Source: Pelomyxa schiedti
Lineage: Eukaryota; Protista; Evosea
NCBI GenBank assembly: GCA_020536535.1
Contig: JAHLWZ010000427.1
Span: 1 to 64,000 of the forward strand
Direction of reading: 5' to 3'
Length of the DNA stretch: 64,000 nucleotides
Part shown: in pieces, positions 12,325 through 23,900 of the stretch
How the letters are laid out: every line of letters begins with the position of its first letter
Position numbering within the stretch: the first letter of the stretch is position 1
Made by a program: the position numbers and the translations under genes
The notes under the pieces: generated by a model
Databases searched by the model: none
Seen by the model: only the letters and a program-made list of their open reading frames with translations
What the model was told of the DNA's origin: nothing

Positions 12325-13878
12325 ATGGCTAGACTGCTGCGTTACATCGCCATCTTGGTCTTGTTCCTCTTATTTCCCGTGATAAACATTGTGGTGTGGC
12401 ACCACACGTCGTCGGTGTGCGTCACTCCAGTGTTCCCTCTCCCGAACATCACCACGATATCACCAAGAGTGGAAGCCGAACGCCCAGACTGCGAACAACC
12501 GAAAGTCAATGTTGTATGCAACGCCACCGCCGTGATCCCATGCCCTGAGCCCAGATGTGAGCCGTGTCCATCGCCCGATTGTGCAGCAGATTGTATCACC
12601 GAGACCCCCGCTGCATCAGATGTACGCTCGTTGAGGTTCGAGCGCTGGAAGCAAGACATCCACTCCCACACGCAGAGACAGGTGTTGGAGCGCGCACGGT
12701 CTCAGTCAATGACGCAAGCGGCGACGAAACCCAGAACCTCGTGCCTGCCAAAGTTGAACAACCACACCTTCAGGTTCGACATCGAACGTCGGAACAGACA
12801 CTTGAAAGAGTGGGCGCAGGAGGCGGAAGCGTTTTACAGGGAACGCCCACAGTTCCTGCACAGTTGCGAGGGGAAGACGGTTCTGTGCATCATGGGAGTG
12901 CTGCACATTTACGATGGGTTCAAGGGGCCAATGGGCGATCTTGTTCAATGGAGTGACCTGATCAGTGCCTTGTCCTTTCTTGGCTATTCTGTCACCGTTG
13001 TGAACTCGAGCAAGGCAGTGAAGCCAGCGGACATGTCCAAGTATTGGAGGGTTGTGTCTGACTACCTGGGCATGCTTGGCACAAACATTGATGCATTCAG
13101 AGACAAGCTTTTCGTCATTGACACGTTTGGAACGAGCATCCAGGGAAATATAGTTGAGAGCCAACTGTACGGTGGCAGGAATCTTACGGACTTGCGAAGG
13201 ATTCTCACTCTTGTGCCTGATGCACACCCTCTCAATACATTCCTGGGAACAGTTTCCCCCCCAAGCGATGCAACAAGGGCAATGACCATGGAGTGGAAGG
13301 CACTCATCTGGGGAAAGCTCGCTGCTTACTTTCGCCTCCCTGGAGTTCAGGACTACCTCTCCCAGATCACTCAGAAATTGCCCGTGTTCGCATCAGCAGA
13401 GAGCGGCACAGACTTCCCGCCTCAAGTGGGAAACAAGGGGGTCATGAGGCAGAAAGACTACATCGAATTGCTGTCACAGACTGCAGTGTTTGTGGGCGTG
13501 GGTCAGCCTTACATTGGCACCGCCGCCTTTGACGCTGTTCGCCAGGGCTCTGTTCTCCTCAACCCGATGTTCGACCCCCCACTCAACTTCTGGCCTGGCA
13601 AGCCAACAGACTGGCCCCTCACATCACAACACCCTTGGGTTGAGAGAATCGGAGCTCCGTGTGTGCAGAATGTTAGAATCAACGATCGGAAGTCGGTGGC
13701 AATGGCACTGGAGGAGGCCCGTGACTACCACGACTTTGTCAAAGTGCACGGACCACACCCTTGTGCACTTGTTCCAGAGGCGTCAATGGGTGCCTTCGTT
13801 TGTCGTGCGTTTGCTGCATTCAACGAATTGTGGGACTGGCAGTGTTTGCACCCAGTTGCCAGGCACTGGAACTTGTGA
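12325..13878 (+). CDS. Glycosyltransferase family 18 (MGAT5/GnT-V-like), type II membrane protein, intronless
   Basis: N-terminal TM MARLLRYIAILVLFLLFPVINIVVW and Cys/Pro stem; GPMGDLVQWSDLISAL, IDTFGT, NTFLG, LIWGK, FVGVGQPY..AAFDA..QGSVLLNP.F.PP and KPT..LTSQHP match GT18 motifs. Confidence 0.9.
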   Translation: MARLLRYIAILVLFLLFPVINIVVWHHTSSVCVTPVFPLPNITTISPRVEAERPDCEQPKVNVVCNATAVIPCPEPRCEPCPSPDCAADCITETPAASDVRSLRFERWKQDIHSHTQRQVLERARSQSMTQAATKPRTSCLPKLNNHTFRFDIERRNRHLKEWAQEAEAFYRERPQFLHSCEGKTVLCIMGVLHIYDGFKGPMGDLVQWSDLISALSFLGYSVTVVNSSKAVKPADMSKYWRVVSDYLGMLGTNIDAFRDKLFVIDTFGTSIQGNIVESQLYGGRNLTDLRRILTLVPDAHPLNTFLGTVSPPSDATRAMTMEWKALIWGKLAAYFRLPGVQDYLSQITQKLPVFASAESGTDFPPQVGNKGVMRQKDYIELLSQTAVFVGVGQPYIGTAAFDAVRQGSVLLNPMFDPPLNFWPGKPTDWPLTSQHPWVERIGAPCVQNVRINDRKSVAMALEEARDYHDFVKVHGPHPCALVPEASMGAFVCRAFAAFNELWDWQCLHPVARHWNL

Positions 13879-13967
13879 AAAAATGTTTCAAAGTTCAAGT
13901 GCCAAGGTGCTTTTCACCCCTTTTAAGAAGGAAATTTCTAAAACAAAGATCTCCAGAGGAACAAAAA

Positions 13968-14284
13968 TTATGTTAGTGGCCAGTAACCGGCGGCCCATAA
14001 ACAGCCTGTGATCCCATTTACTACTGCAAACAGAAGTGTCACACATGCACCAGAAAATCTTGTGCTGTAGCCTATGAGCCTCAATGAAACGAATATTCCA
14101 ACATCCGGTAATAGGAAGGCAACAATCAGACTCAACAGTCCACAGCAGTTTCTTGGCGAGGCAAGGGAAACGACAGCGGCAACAAACAACAGAAGGAACA
14201 GGGCCACCACGAGACCATCAACGAGAATAAACAGCCGAGACGATCTGAACGACCGCTGAGATAATCGGTAATGTCAAACAGCAG

Positions 14285-14331
<47 letters not shown>

Positions 14332-14341
14332 NNNNNNNNNN

Positions 14342-14378
<37 letters not shown>

Positions 14379-15721
14379 CTAGAGAGGAGAGCACGCAAAC
14401 CTGAGGCACAGACAAGTCGTAATCAGGCGAGAGCCTGAAGAGAACGCGGCACACATTTCCGATATAAGCAGTGCTCAGCAGCATGAACGCACCCTGGAGG
14501 AGGCGCCAGCACGCCCACAACAAAGGCCACCACTGGGCAGTGCGGCCGTGCTGCGGCGGGGCCACGGCAACCCAGAAGTATCCGAGTGCCAAGTTAAGGC
14601 AGCTCCACAGAGAAAACGCAAGTGCGCAGTCTGTTGAGTTTGTTTGCGGGTGCGGGTGCGTGTGCGTGTGCGTGTGCGTGAGCACAGCCGGTCAGTCGAT
14701 GGGGTGTGGAGCTCAGCAAAAGCAAAAGCAAAAGCAAAAGCAAAAGCAAAAGCAAAAGCAAAAGCAAAAGCAAAAGCAAAAGCAAAAGCAAAAGCAAAAG
14801 CAAAAGCAGCAACAGACAAAAAAGAAAACCTGAGGGAATCTGCTGATTCCTCCACGGGCATTTCCAATCCCAGAACAGTGCAATCGCAAACGTGAAGAGC
14901 CCCAAGATGTAGGATTCTGGAAATGCCACAAGTGCGACCTGATTGGGGAGATTAAGCCCCCCGTGATTCTCACATAAATGTATCCGTCTGCGCACATCGC
15001 ACATCGCATCACACATCGCACGCACATCGCGCACACACATCGCACACATCTCACACACCAATAGGACAGCATTCACAACGAGCAACACAGCCCACAAGGC
15101 GAGCGAGCCAAGCCTCTTTGGTTGCGACTCGCACAGTTTCAAAAGAGCGGTGGAGCCTCGGAACCCTCTTGATGGTGGTGGTGGGTTGTGTCAGAAAACA
15201 ACGCGAGGATTGAGTGGCAGTGAGTACTCACGTGTCAACGTATTGCTTGACGGAGCACGCCTTTGGGAGTTCCGAACTGCCCTCGGAGAGCAGGAAGCAG
15301 CCCAGCGCGAATCCCTTGAGAGACATCACCGTTCCATTCTGCTCCTGCTGAATCATGCTGATGACGATGTCGATTTCGTCCGGTGTTGCGTTGTGGAGGT
15401 TTTTCCACTGTTGTTCAACGTCGCTCGCTGACACTAACTTCTCTCCTTCCCCTGCAGCAAGAAGACGACAACACAACATAAACACAGGCACCAACACAAC
15501 AAAAAAAGTGAGAACTCACCAACAGAATAAGCCAAAGATGGTTGTTGTTGTGTGAAGGTGTGTGTACCTTCTTTGTGCCTTGGGAGACTTTCAAAGAGTG
15601 CAGAGCTCACAGTCCACATCTCAGAGGGCACAAACGAGAACACGGGATGCCCACAAGCTTCGGTGTATTTTTTTCGTTTCTTTTCCTCTGCCACAACCAC
15701 AACCTCGTTGAGATCGCCCAT
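13968..15721 (-). CDS. Hypothetical multi-pass membrane protein, multi-exon; one intron spans the assembly gap
   Basis: In-frame GT-AG joins: ...SLAYSVG|EGEKLV..., ...LALWAVLLVVNAVLL..., ...YDLSVPQ|RSFRSSRLFILVDGLVVALFLLLFVAAVVS...WPLT*; several hydrophobic segments. Confidence 0.55.
14165..14280 (-). repeat. 116-bp inverted duplication, copy 2 (native intron/exon junction)
   Basis: Reverse complement of 538-653. Confidence 0.95.
14285..14378. other. Scaffold gap flanked by poly-A and poly-G runs
   Basis: A-run 14285-14331, 10 N at 14332-14341, G-run 14342-14378. Confidence 0.97.
14716..14805 (+). repeat. (GCAAAA)15 microsatellite; (GCGTGT)n at ~14645-14680 and (CGCACAT)n at ~14990-15050 nearby; all apparently intronic
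   Basis: Directly visible tandem repeats. Confidence 0.95.
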
Positions 15722-16347
15722 CACCTCTGTCGCTTCTCCTCCCAAATGGAGCTTGCTGGCCACTGCGAAGAGGACCTTGTGATGTTTTTGTTTGGAAGAG
15801 ATTCCTTCGTGTGTTTGTACCCAAAATGGCTGAAGAAAAAAAACACCAGACCCGCTTGACTGGGCGATGACACGAAAACGACAGTGTTCCGGTCTGTTGA
15901 TTATTTTATTAAAATCAGGACAATGTTTCTGATTGGTGACCTTCTGGTTTACCTATTATAGTTATTCAACAATCATCCATCATCTGTTTCAAAGAACGAG
16001 GTGCCACCAAAAATTTTGTTTCCCCAGGCTGCGTGGTTCCTGTAGTCGGTGGCAGCGAGTAATATATGTTTGTATTTGGGCTTCTTACTCCACAAGTAAA
16101 ACAACCAGCAACACCCCAGCACCTTACAAAGTGATTGGCACTATCCAAACCCAATCTACCTCTGCCTTCAGAATAAAACTTCCCCAGGGCTAACTCCTGT
16201 ATCTCCACTTTTCCTGCTTCACCCTTCCCTTTCGGACTGTCAAAAAAGCACGTCCAAGGTGTAATTGACCGACGCCTAGAGACGAAGTGAATTACAATAG
16301 ACAAGTTCAATGCAAGTACAGAGGGCATGGTGAACAAGTATCACCCT

Positions 16348-17215
16348 TAAAAAGCCAGACCCGGTTATATTAACCGGAACATATCCCACTTCAATACCGA
16401 GGAGAGCACTCCACTGTGCTATTAAGTTCATGATGTCTGATCTGTTGACGGCACTGCCATCTTCTGGAATCTAAAAGATGGTGAAGGTCATTCAGGAGGG
16501 TAACTGCAGGTACATTTTTGACGTCAGCAACAACAACACCAATCTTGCAAATTCTGGCCTCAGTCGTTATTTGGGAAATGCTTACCAAGAGTCGTAACAG
16601 TTGGTGAGGTCTATTACGATGACTAATCGCAAAATACACAGTTGGAGTCTGTGTGTTTTGGTCCTCACACATCCAATTGATGTTCAATGAAGCAGGATGT
16701 GGTGCGATGTAAGGGAGGGTATCTGGGCTGCACTCCTGAGGAGTTGTAGTCGGTGGTGTTGGTAAAGTTTGTGGCTGTGTTTGTTGTGATTGAGTCTGAA
16801 CAACCGGCTTCACCTTATCAGCTATCCCTTGGAGAACATCAATTTGACAAAGAAAATAGAGAGATAAAAACAGGAATTGCAAGGAGGTTAATTAAAATAT
16901 ACCAGTAACAACAACGATTGAGGCCTCCAGCTGTGACATTCTCATTTGCAAAGTAGATACCGCAGCATCATTGACAAGTTGTCCCCGCAGTGTATCTATT
17001 TCGCCCCTGAAGCCCTGCCAACGTGCAACCAATAACAAAGTTAGTCCGTTCCTTCCCATCCCACAATCGGTGGTTAAGCTCGGCACTGCAACGCGTACAA
17101 ATTCAATGTTCGCTCAGACGGGACAATGTACCAGGAGCTGATACACAATTCCGAAGAACATCGCAGACAGGGCCACGAGACCCAGCACAACCCCAAACCG
17201 TGCCCACAATCCCAT
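16348..17215 (-). pseudogene. Type II membrane glycosyltransferase (GT-A, GT7/GT2-like), apparently truncated
   Basis: MGLWARFGVVLGLVALSAMFFGIVYQLL (TM), coiled/Thr-Pro stem, VYFAISHRNRPHQLLRLL...VVVAD; the spliced frame hits TAA after ...VNITGSGF, before any DxD motif. Confidence 0.45.
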
Positions 17216-17645
17216 ACGACAGGCCACGACAAATTTTGAAAACTGGTTTAGGTTTTGTTTTGAAAACTGCTGTGGTGTTCTCGGTGGGATAGACTTTAGA
17301 TCGCGGGATTAGAATGGCAAGAGATTCACGAAAGGTTAGTTTGAGCCCCAAAGAATTTGCACCCTCCCCGGCCGCAAATACAAGCATGCTGGTTCACTGA
17401 CCATCTGGTTGCCTTCCATGACTGGGTTTGACGACCCAGTTAGGTGTATGGGAGGATCCAAAATGATGCTCCCCAACTTATAAGGGAAAAAAGGCGTTGT
17501 GGTGAGTGCCGACCCCTCGCCACAAGAGTAATAAAAAAAACACCAGACGATAACGAAAATTGTTGATTATTTTGATTATTACAAGAACCGTTGATTATCA
17601 ACCTCTCGGAGCGTTAATTTGTACAAAGCCTAGTCTCTTCATTGG

Positions 17646-18652
17646 ATGAGGCGCACTGTGTTTATTGTTGGCTTCATTTTGTTTATCATGGTAGTTTCAA
17701 TCGCGGTGTACCAGGTAGTTGCCCGCATGTGCCAGGTTTCTCGCTCTTTGACATAGAACAGGTCTATGAAACACCTTCCACGCTCACACTCCCTGAAGAC
17801 AACAGTGTACTCTTTGCAACACGAAGTAAGTTGAAGTCACCAAGTAGCTCACAAAGTAGTTCAACAAGCAGTTGGAGCGAGTCTTCAAGTTCATCTCAGT
17901 CTTCGAGTGTTCAGCCCCCTTGTGCGCTGAGCAACGTCGTATTCCTAATCACGTACAAGGATGATAATCGAAGTCGCCTTTTGTACGATGCCATGATGTA
18001 CGCCTGGGGAAATGACATTTTAGCAGCCGGGGCGTCCATGGAACTTTGCGAGTACGGCGCAGCAAGTGAGACCTTAGAGCCGGTGCTGAGGTACCACAAT
18101 AAATATGATAAAGTACTGGAAGTGATGTGGTATGGCTTTGAGTCAAACCGAGAGCACAACCAAACTCACAAGCTGTTCCACTCATTTTCAACATTCACGC
18201 AGAGGCACCCCCACAAATCGTGGTTCATCAAGACCGACACCGATTCATTCATCAATGCCAGAGTGCTCAGGGATACCCTCAAAAGTTACCCCAATCCGGA
18301 AACCAAACACTGGTACATTGGCTGGCAGCGTCCGGGCGACCCTATGGTTGTGGGAGCTGCGGAGATATTCAGTTACGCAGCAATGCGGGATGCCGCGGTG
18401 AATTTTGCTCACCCTGAGAGGGTGGCTGCTCAATACAACTTCACCATGGCAGATTTTTTCAGATGGGAGGATGTCGCCGTTGGCTACACCATGAGGAGCA
18501 TTGGCGTGCCAATCACCGAGATCAACCATCTGTGCGCACCATTTGGCTCCGGCGCCGATTCGCGGTTGCTGGTAAACCACTGGCACAAAGACCCAAATGA
18601 TATGATGTCACTGAAAGCCCCATCTAATGGCTATCTTCCATGCTACCCATAA
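17646..18652 (+). CDS. Glycosyltransferase family 31 (fringe / C1GALT1-like), type II membrane protein, 1 intron
   Basis: Exon 1 MRRTVFIVGFILFIMVVSIAVYQ; WFIKTDTDSFIN (DxD), HWYIG, GAAEIFSYAAM, WEDVAVG. Confidence 0.88.
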
Positions 18653-18837
18653 CTTTCCGGGTTTCACTCATCTTCACGTAACCATCGGGATACCACTTTC
18701 TTCCTCTTATTCCTTCCGCTTACACCTTTCCTGCGTTGTGCGCTCTTCCCTCTCTGTCTCCCTTCAGTTTCCCACAAAAGAAGAAAAAAAAAAATCCAGT
18801 TTTCATTTCGTTCAAAAAGGGAAAAAAAATCGAAAAA

Positions 18838-20119
18838 ATGATGGTGGAAGAAGGAGCGGCGGTGGAGAAGCTACCTGATCTCAACCTGTTGCAGCTGCGC
18901 TTTCTGTTGTCACAAGGCCCCTCGGTGTGCAGCGACGCGGAGCGCTCGGCGGCCAAGTCGGCCCTCCTCGGCGCGATCACCAAGGACCGGCAGGCTCTCC
19001 TCTACGACGCGGTGTGCGCCCAGTTCGGCTGGGAGCGCGACGACGCCCTCGCGCAGCGCATGCGGGCCCAGAACGACGACGCCCTGCGCGAGCTCGACGC
19101 GAAGATCAAGGACGCGGAGGAGAACCTCGGCGAGAGCGAGATACGCGAGGCGCTGCTGGCCCGCGCCAACTTCTTTTCGCGCATCGGGGAGAAGGACAAG
19201 GCCGTGGCCGCGTTTGCCAAGGCGATGGAAAAGAGCGTCGCCCTGGGCCACAAGCTCGACATAGTTTTCACGCAGATAAGGCTGGGATTCTTCCACGGCG
19301 ACAACGACCTTGTCGTGCGCAATATAGATAAAGCCGGTGCCCTGTTGGAGCAAGGTTCCTTCCCTATTCTTTTCTTGCACTTTTTTTTTTTTTCTTTTCC
19401 CCTTTTTTACAAGCAGAAATATATGTAATTTTTACAAAATTCCTAATTGCGTGATTGTAGGAGGTGATTGGGATAGGAAGAACAGGTTGAAGTGCTACAA
19501 GGGTATTCAGGCCTTAATTCACCGAGACTTCACCGAAGCTGCAAATCAGTTCTTGGATACAATTAGCACCTTCAGCGCCTATGAGTTGTTTGACTACGTC
19601 ACTCTAGTAAAGTACACAGTAATTACAGCTGTTGCTACCCTCCCCCGCGTCCAGTTTATAGAGAAACTCATTGACTCCCCTGAGATTCTTTCCGTTATTG
19701 ATCAGCTGCCGCACCTAAGACAACTCACTACCTCCCTGTACAACAGTGACTACTCTCAGTTCCTTGTTGCACTCCTGAGCACAATTAACACCATGCGTAC
19801 CGACTGGCTACTCTCTGCACATTCGCTATACTTCTGCCGCGAAATGCGTGTCCGGGCCTACTCACAGATGCTAGAATCCTACCGTAGTGTGCAGCTCTCC
19901 TCAATGGCTCTTGCATTTGGAGTGTCACCTGATTTCTTGGACCGCGAGCTCTCACGGTTCATTTCACTCGGCAGGCTCAACTGTGTGATAGATAAAGTTG
20001 CTGGGATAGTGGAGACCAACAGACCCGACTCGAGAAATGCCATGTACCAGTCTACAATCAAGACAGGTGATGCACTTCTAAACCGCGTTCACAAGTTATC
20101 AAGGGTCATTTGTTCATGA
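18838..20119 (+). CDS. RPN7: 26S proteasome regulatory subunit RPN7 (PSMD6), intron ~19354-19461
   Basis: LDAKIKDAEENLGESEIREA, GGDWDRKNRLK.Y.G, REMRVRAYSQMLESYRSV, GRLNCVIDKVAGIVETNRPD, GDALLNRVHKLSRVI. Confidence 0.97.
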
Positions 20120-20347
20120 AAGTGATAAATAAAAAAAGCCTTGGTTTTATTTTTGTGGCAGTTTTTTTTTTAGAAGTAGTTACAAGAAGTGGTGCATTTT
20201 AGAAACGGTACAATAATGCAGAAAGGAGAAGGCCAGCTCTGACAGAACAAAGAAGTCCAATGAACAAAAGCAAAAGCATGATCCGGAACAGAGTTTATTT
20301 GCGAAAGGGCGGTCTCAACTGCCGAGTGGGGCAGAACGCATGTGCAT

Positions 20348-20704
20348 TTAGCTTTGTGATGTGTTGACACTGATAAGCCCACAATCTACGGCAGAAGTTA
20401 ATAACAACAAGTTCTGCTGAACTTTCTGCATATACCTAGAAGCAGTTGTTAGGGAATATACGCTTTATAACTTGGCACATACTTGGCGCACTGGTCATAC
20501 TTGCCGAGGTTCTGGTTTTCGTATACGGCCAATATCAACAACTTATTTTGCTCCAATAACTTATTAAAATTCAACCAAAAAAAAGTTAGGTAACAGCAAA
20601 CACAACGCGAATGCGGGAGAAAAAAAACACACTTCTCGAGCGTACTCAACAGAGAGTGTCATGTGACCACTGTTAGGGCCACCCGAACAACCACCATGTT
20701 GCAT
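20348..20704 (-). CDS. SS18: Minimal SS18/SYT/GIF family protein (SSXT/SNH domain; BAF/SWI-SNF subunit), 3 exons, ~79 aa
   Basis: Spliced: ...EYARE|LLEQNKLLILAVYENQNLGKYDQCAK|YMQKVQQNLLLLTSAVD..., matching the SSXT consensus LDENKQLILAILENQNLGK..ECAQYQ..LQ.NL.YLA..AD. Confidence 0.88.
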
Positions 20705-20977
20705 CTCCACGCGACACTACGCACAGCTAACCCACCGGTTACACAACGTGAATAAAAAAGAAAAATGACACGGGAATACCGAAAAAACCGCTGCCAGGGC
20801 ATTGGTGCCAAAGCGTTTACAACTTAGGCAGATCTGCCCAGTAAAACGTCGCCCCTCGCTTCGCCGTTCACGCCCAACGAAATGAAGTGAGGATCTGGCC
20901 TGATCTTTTGTCGTTTGATCGTCGTCTCTTTTCATTTTTCTTTTTTTTTTTCTCCTGGCGGCCGCACGCGTGGTGCC

Positions 20978-23900
20978 ATGTCGCAGCCGTCGGCCTTGTC
21001 CGCTCACAAGAAGAACACCAAGTTTCCGTTCCGCGTGTACCGCCAGGGCCTGACCCTGTCGCTCGACTTTGCGTCGCGCACCATCACGGGCGTCGCGGAC
21101 CTGACCATCGTCGTGCGCAGCGAGCCGGAGCTGAGGCGCGACGGCGTCGTGCTGCACTGTAGGCCCGGCTGCGCGGTCCTCGCCGCCGAGGTCAACGGCG
21201 TCGCGGCCAAGGTCGAGCGCCGCGCCCCGGCCAACCCCGCGCCGCCGCCCCTGGCCCGCGACTACGCCACCTTCGTGGCGCACTACCGCGCGACGCAGGA
21301 GGCCAGCGCGAGCTCCGGCGACCTCGTGGTTCTGTGGCCCCCAAACTCGCAGCCCTACAAGCCGCATGGCGGCAGCAGCAGCAGCGGCAACGGCGCCAGC
21401 GCGAGCTCGAGCTCGGCAGCGACCAACGGCGGCGCTGGGGGAATATCTGGAAGCAGGGCACAGTCTCCTGGTTTGTGCAACGGCACGGGCGTGCCTCCCA
21501 TAATCCGGCCGCCGTCGGCCTTCTCGCCGGCGCTAGAGGCGCAGATGGCCTCCCCTTCGCCTTCGTTCTCGCCGTTCTCGCCTTCGTCTTGCGGCTCTCC
21601 ACCCCCAACCACCAACTCCACGACAACTTCATCATCATCATCAACAACATCAACAAACACTTCTTCATCATCGTCATCAGTGGGTCTATCTAACATCAAA
21701 CTGACCTACCGAGTTAATTTATCGGGGAACAGTGTGGTCAGATGGGTTGGGCACTCACCCAGCCACAGCACGCACACATCCACTTCATCCCAAGCTACGG
21801 CTGCCAGAACGCAATCAGAAAGCAGCGATAGTGCACAGTACATGTACATATGTGCAGGATTGGGCAATTCCCCTTGTTGGATGCCATGTATAGATAACAG
21901 TAACGACAGACCGATTTGGGTTTTTGCCGTTACAGTACCTGAAGACATGTTAGTGGTGGCCCCAGGAAAGTTGACAAAGATTAGTTCCCCTGGTCCAAAG
22001 TAAGTGTTCTATGTTGTAACTTGTTACTAATATTTCTATTCAAGACTTCGCACTTTCCACTATTCTCTTGATATTCAAACTCTTCCACGTCACATAGGCT
22101 TAGCTGCTGGTTACTTTGAAGGTATGCAGGACCCAAATGTTCCGTCTTGTGCGCATCTTGTTCCTGCTGGCATGCTCCATTGTATAGAGCCTACGACATC
22201 ATTCATTGGCAAAGCATTCAAGTTCTATTTGTTGTAATTTACAATTTCTGATGCAATACAAAGGTTCTACGAACAATTCTTGGATTGGTCTTTCCCCTAC
22301 CCATTTTATACGGAAGTTTTTGTCCGCGATGCCCCTGATTTGATGTCAATATTTGCGGGTCTTTCCATTTTCGACTCTAGTTTACTGCTATCACCTGATT
22401 ACTTGCATGAGGTGTGCAATACCTCAGAAACATTTTTGGTGAAGAAGCAATATAGGGTACATCCAGCAGAGAGGCCCTCAGTTTAGCTTTAGCACAGCAG
22501 TGGTTTGGGTCCTTCATAAGTTTTAAGCAAACCCGTGATTTGTGGCTCCTTCTTGGCATTTCGGAATTTCTTGCAAGCCACTTCCTGACTTCCCTGTTGG
22601 GGCTTGTTTATGGACGGTACATCACAATGAAGGTTATATCATGACCTTAACCTTCTTGCATTTGTGACCAATTTACTAGAGAAATGATTATGTTGTGGAA
22701 AAAGAATGGTGCACACCCCTTTCCGTTACTATCCACGATTACGTCCATCCCTGTGAATTACAGGCATCCAAGCGCTTTACTTTTAAATCTGCCCTCGTTA
22801 TTGACGTTCTCGACAAAAAGTGCGGGACAGGAGGCGCCTCAATGCAAAAATTTCTGCGGTCTATCCTTAAACCTCGACCAGCTAAGTCCAAATCGTCACA
22901 CAAACAACCGCCAAGTGTATCCCCTCAACAGCCACCCACGCAACAAACTAATGTTGTTATGGCTCCTCCAAAGAAAGTACTCTCTCATCGATGGTTTCTG
23001 AACACACTTTCATCTCATACTGGACAAGATTTAAAAGCACCAGTGGAGCGCTGGTTATATGGTCGCGGCTACCCTCCATTTTTGTGTGGATTCCAATATG
23101 ACAAAAAGAAGAAGCATACGAAATTCGTTCTGAAACTTGACATGAAGGGTCGACATCCAGATGAAAAAATCTCTGGGAACATTGTTGTGTGCATGCATGA
23201 GGCAGATGGTGGGACATACAACCACACTGTCGGCTTTGATGGAGAAATCAACATGACCGACTTGGAATGTCATGCTCGATTCCGAAAAGCCCGAGCACCC
23301 CAACAACCACCTCTTAAAGAAAGTCCTCTCCTTTGGGTCAGAATTGACCCCGAGTACGACATGATCAGAAAGATACTGTTCAAACAAAGTGAAGTGATGT
23401 GGATAGCACAGCTAGAGACAGACAAAGATGTGCGTGCTCAATCAGAGGCAGCCAAAGCCCTTGCAGAGATGCCTACACGCACTGCTATTAGTGCTCTGGC
23501 CAATTTACTTTCAGATGATAAAGCTTTTTGGGCTGTAAGAGCGGAAGCTGCTTGGGCAATTTCCAAAACTACCACTGCTACCTCTGCAGTACCGTCAGCC
23601 GCAGCACCACATGACCTAACCCAACACGCTTTCGAGGTCCTCACTTCGTTCTATTGTAGCAGGTTTTTTCACCATCACAGCCCGCACAGTGCAAACCAAA
23701 ATTCTACAAGTGCAAGCGCGGATCCAAGCCCACAACAGACTGCCCTTAAAAATGAAGGCTGGCCTGCCCCTCACGACTTCCGCAATTTTTCTTTGTACCT
23801 GGTAAAGAAGTCTATACCGCCCGCACTGGGATTGCTATGTAATCCCGATGGGACTGTTTACAATCCAGCCTTCAAGTTCTTGCTGCTACTTCTGAAAGCA

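Noticed and set aside
538-14280. Large DNA transposon or Maverick bounded by 116-bp TIRs
   Set aside because: No transposase, integrase or polymerase inside, no evident TSD, and the right copy is part of a host intron/exon junction
14400-14640. ERG28-like identity for the membrane protein
   Set aside because: Only vague hydrophobic similarity; the RTFG.W motif is absent
14132-15142. Poly-P/poly-F, poly-KQ, poly-AF and poly-L ORFs
   Set aside because: Translation artefacts of the gap homopolymers and intronic microsatellites
18910-21699. Long overlapping/antisense ORFs over RPN7 and TAF2
   Set aside because: Shadow ORFs caused by high GC3 in the 5' regions
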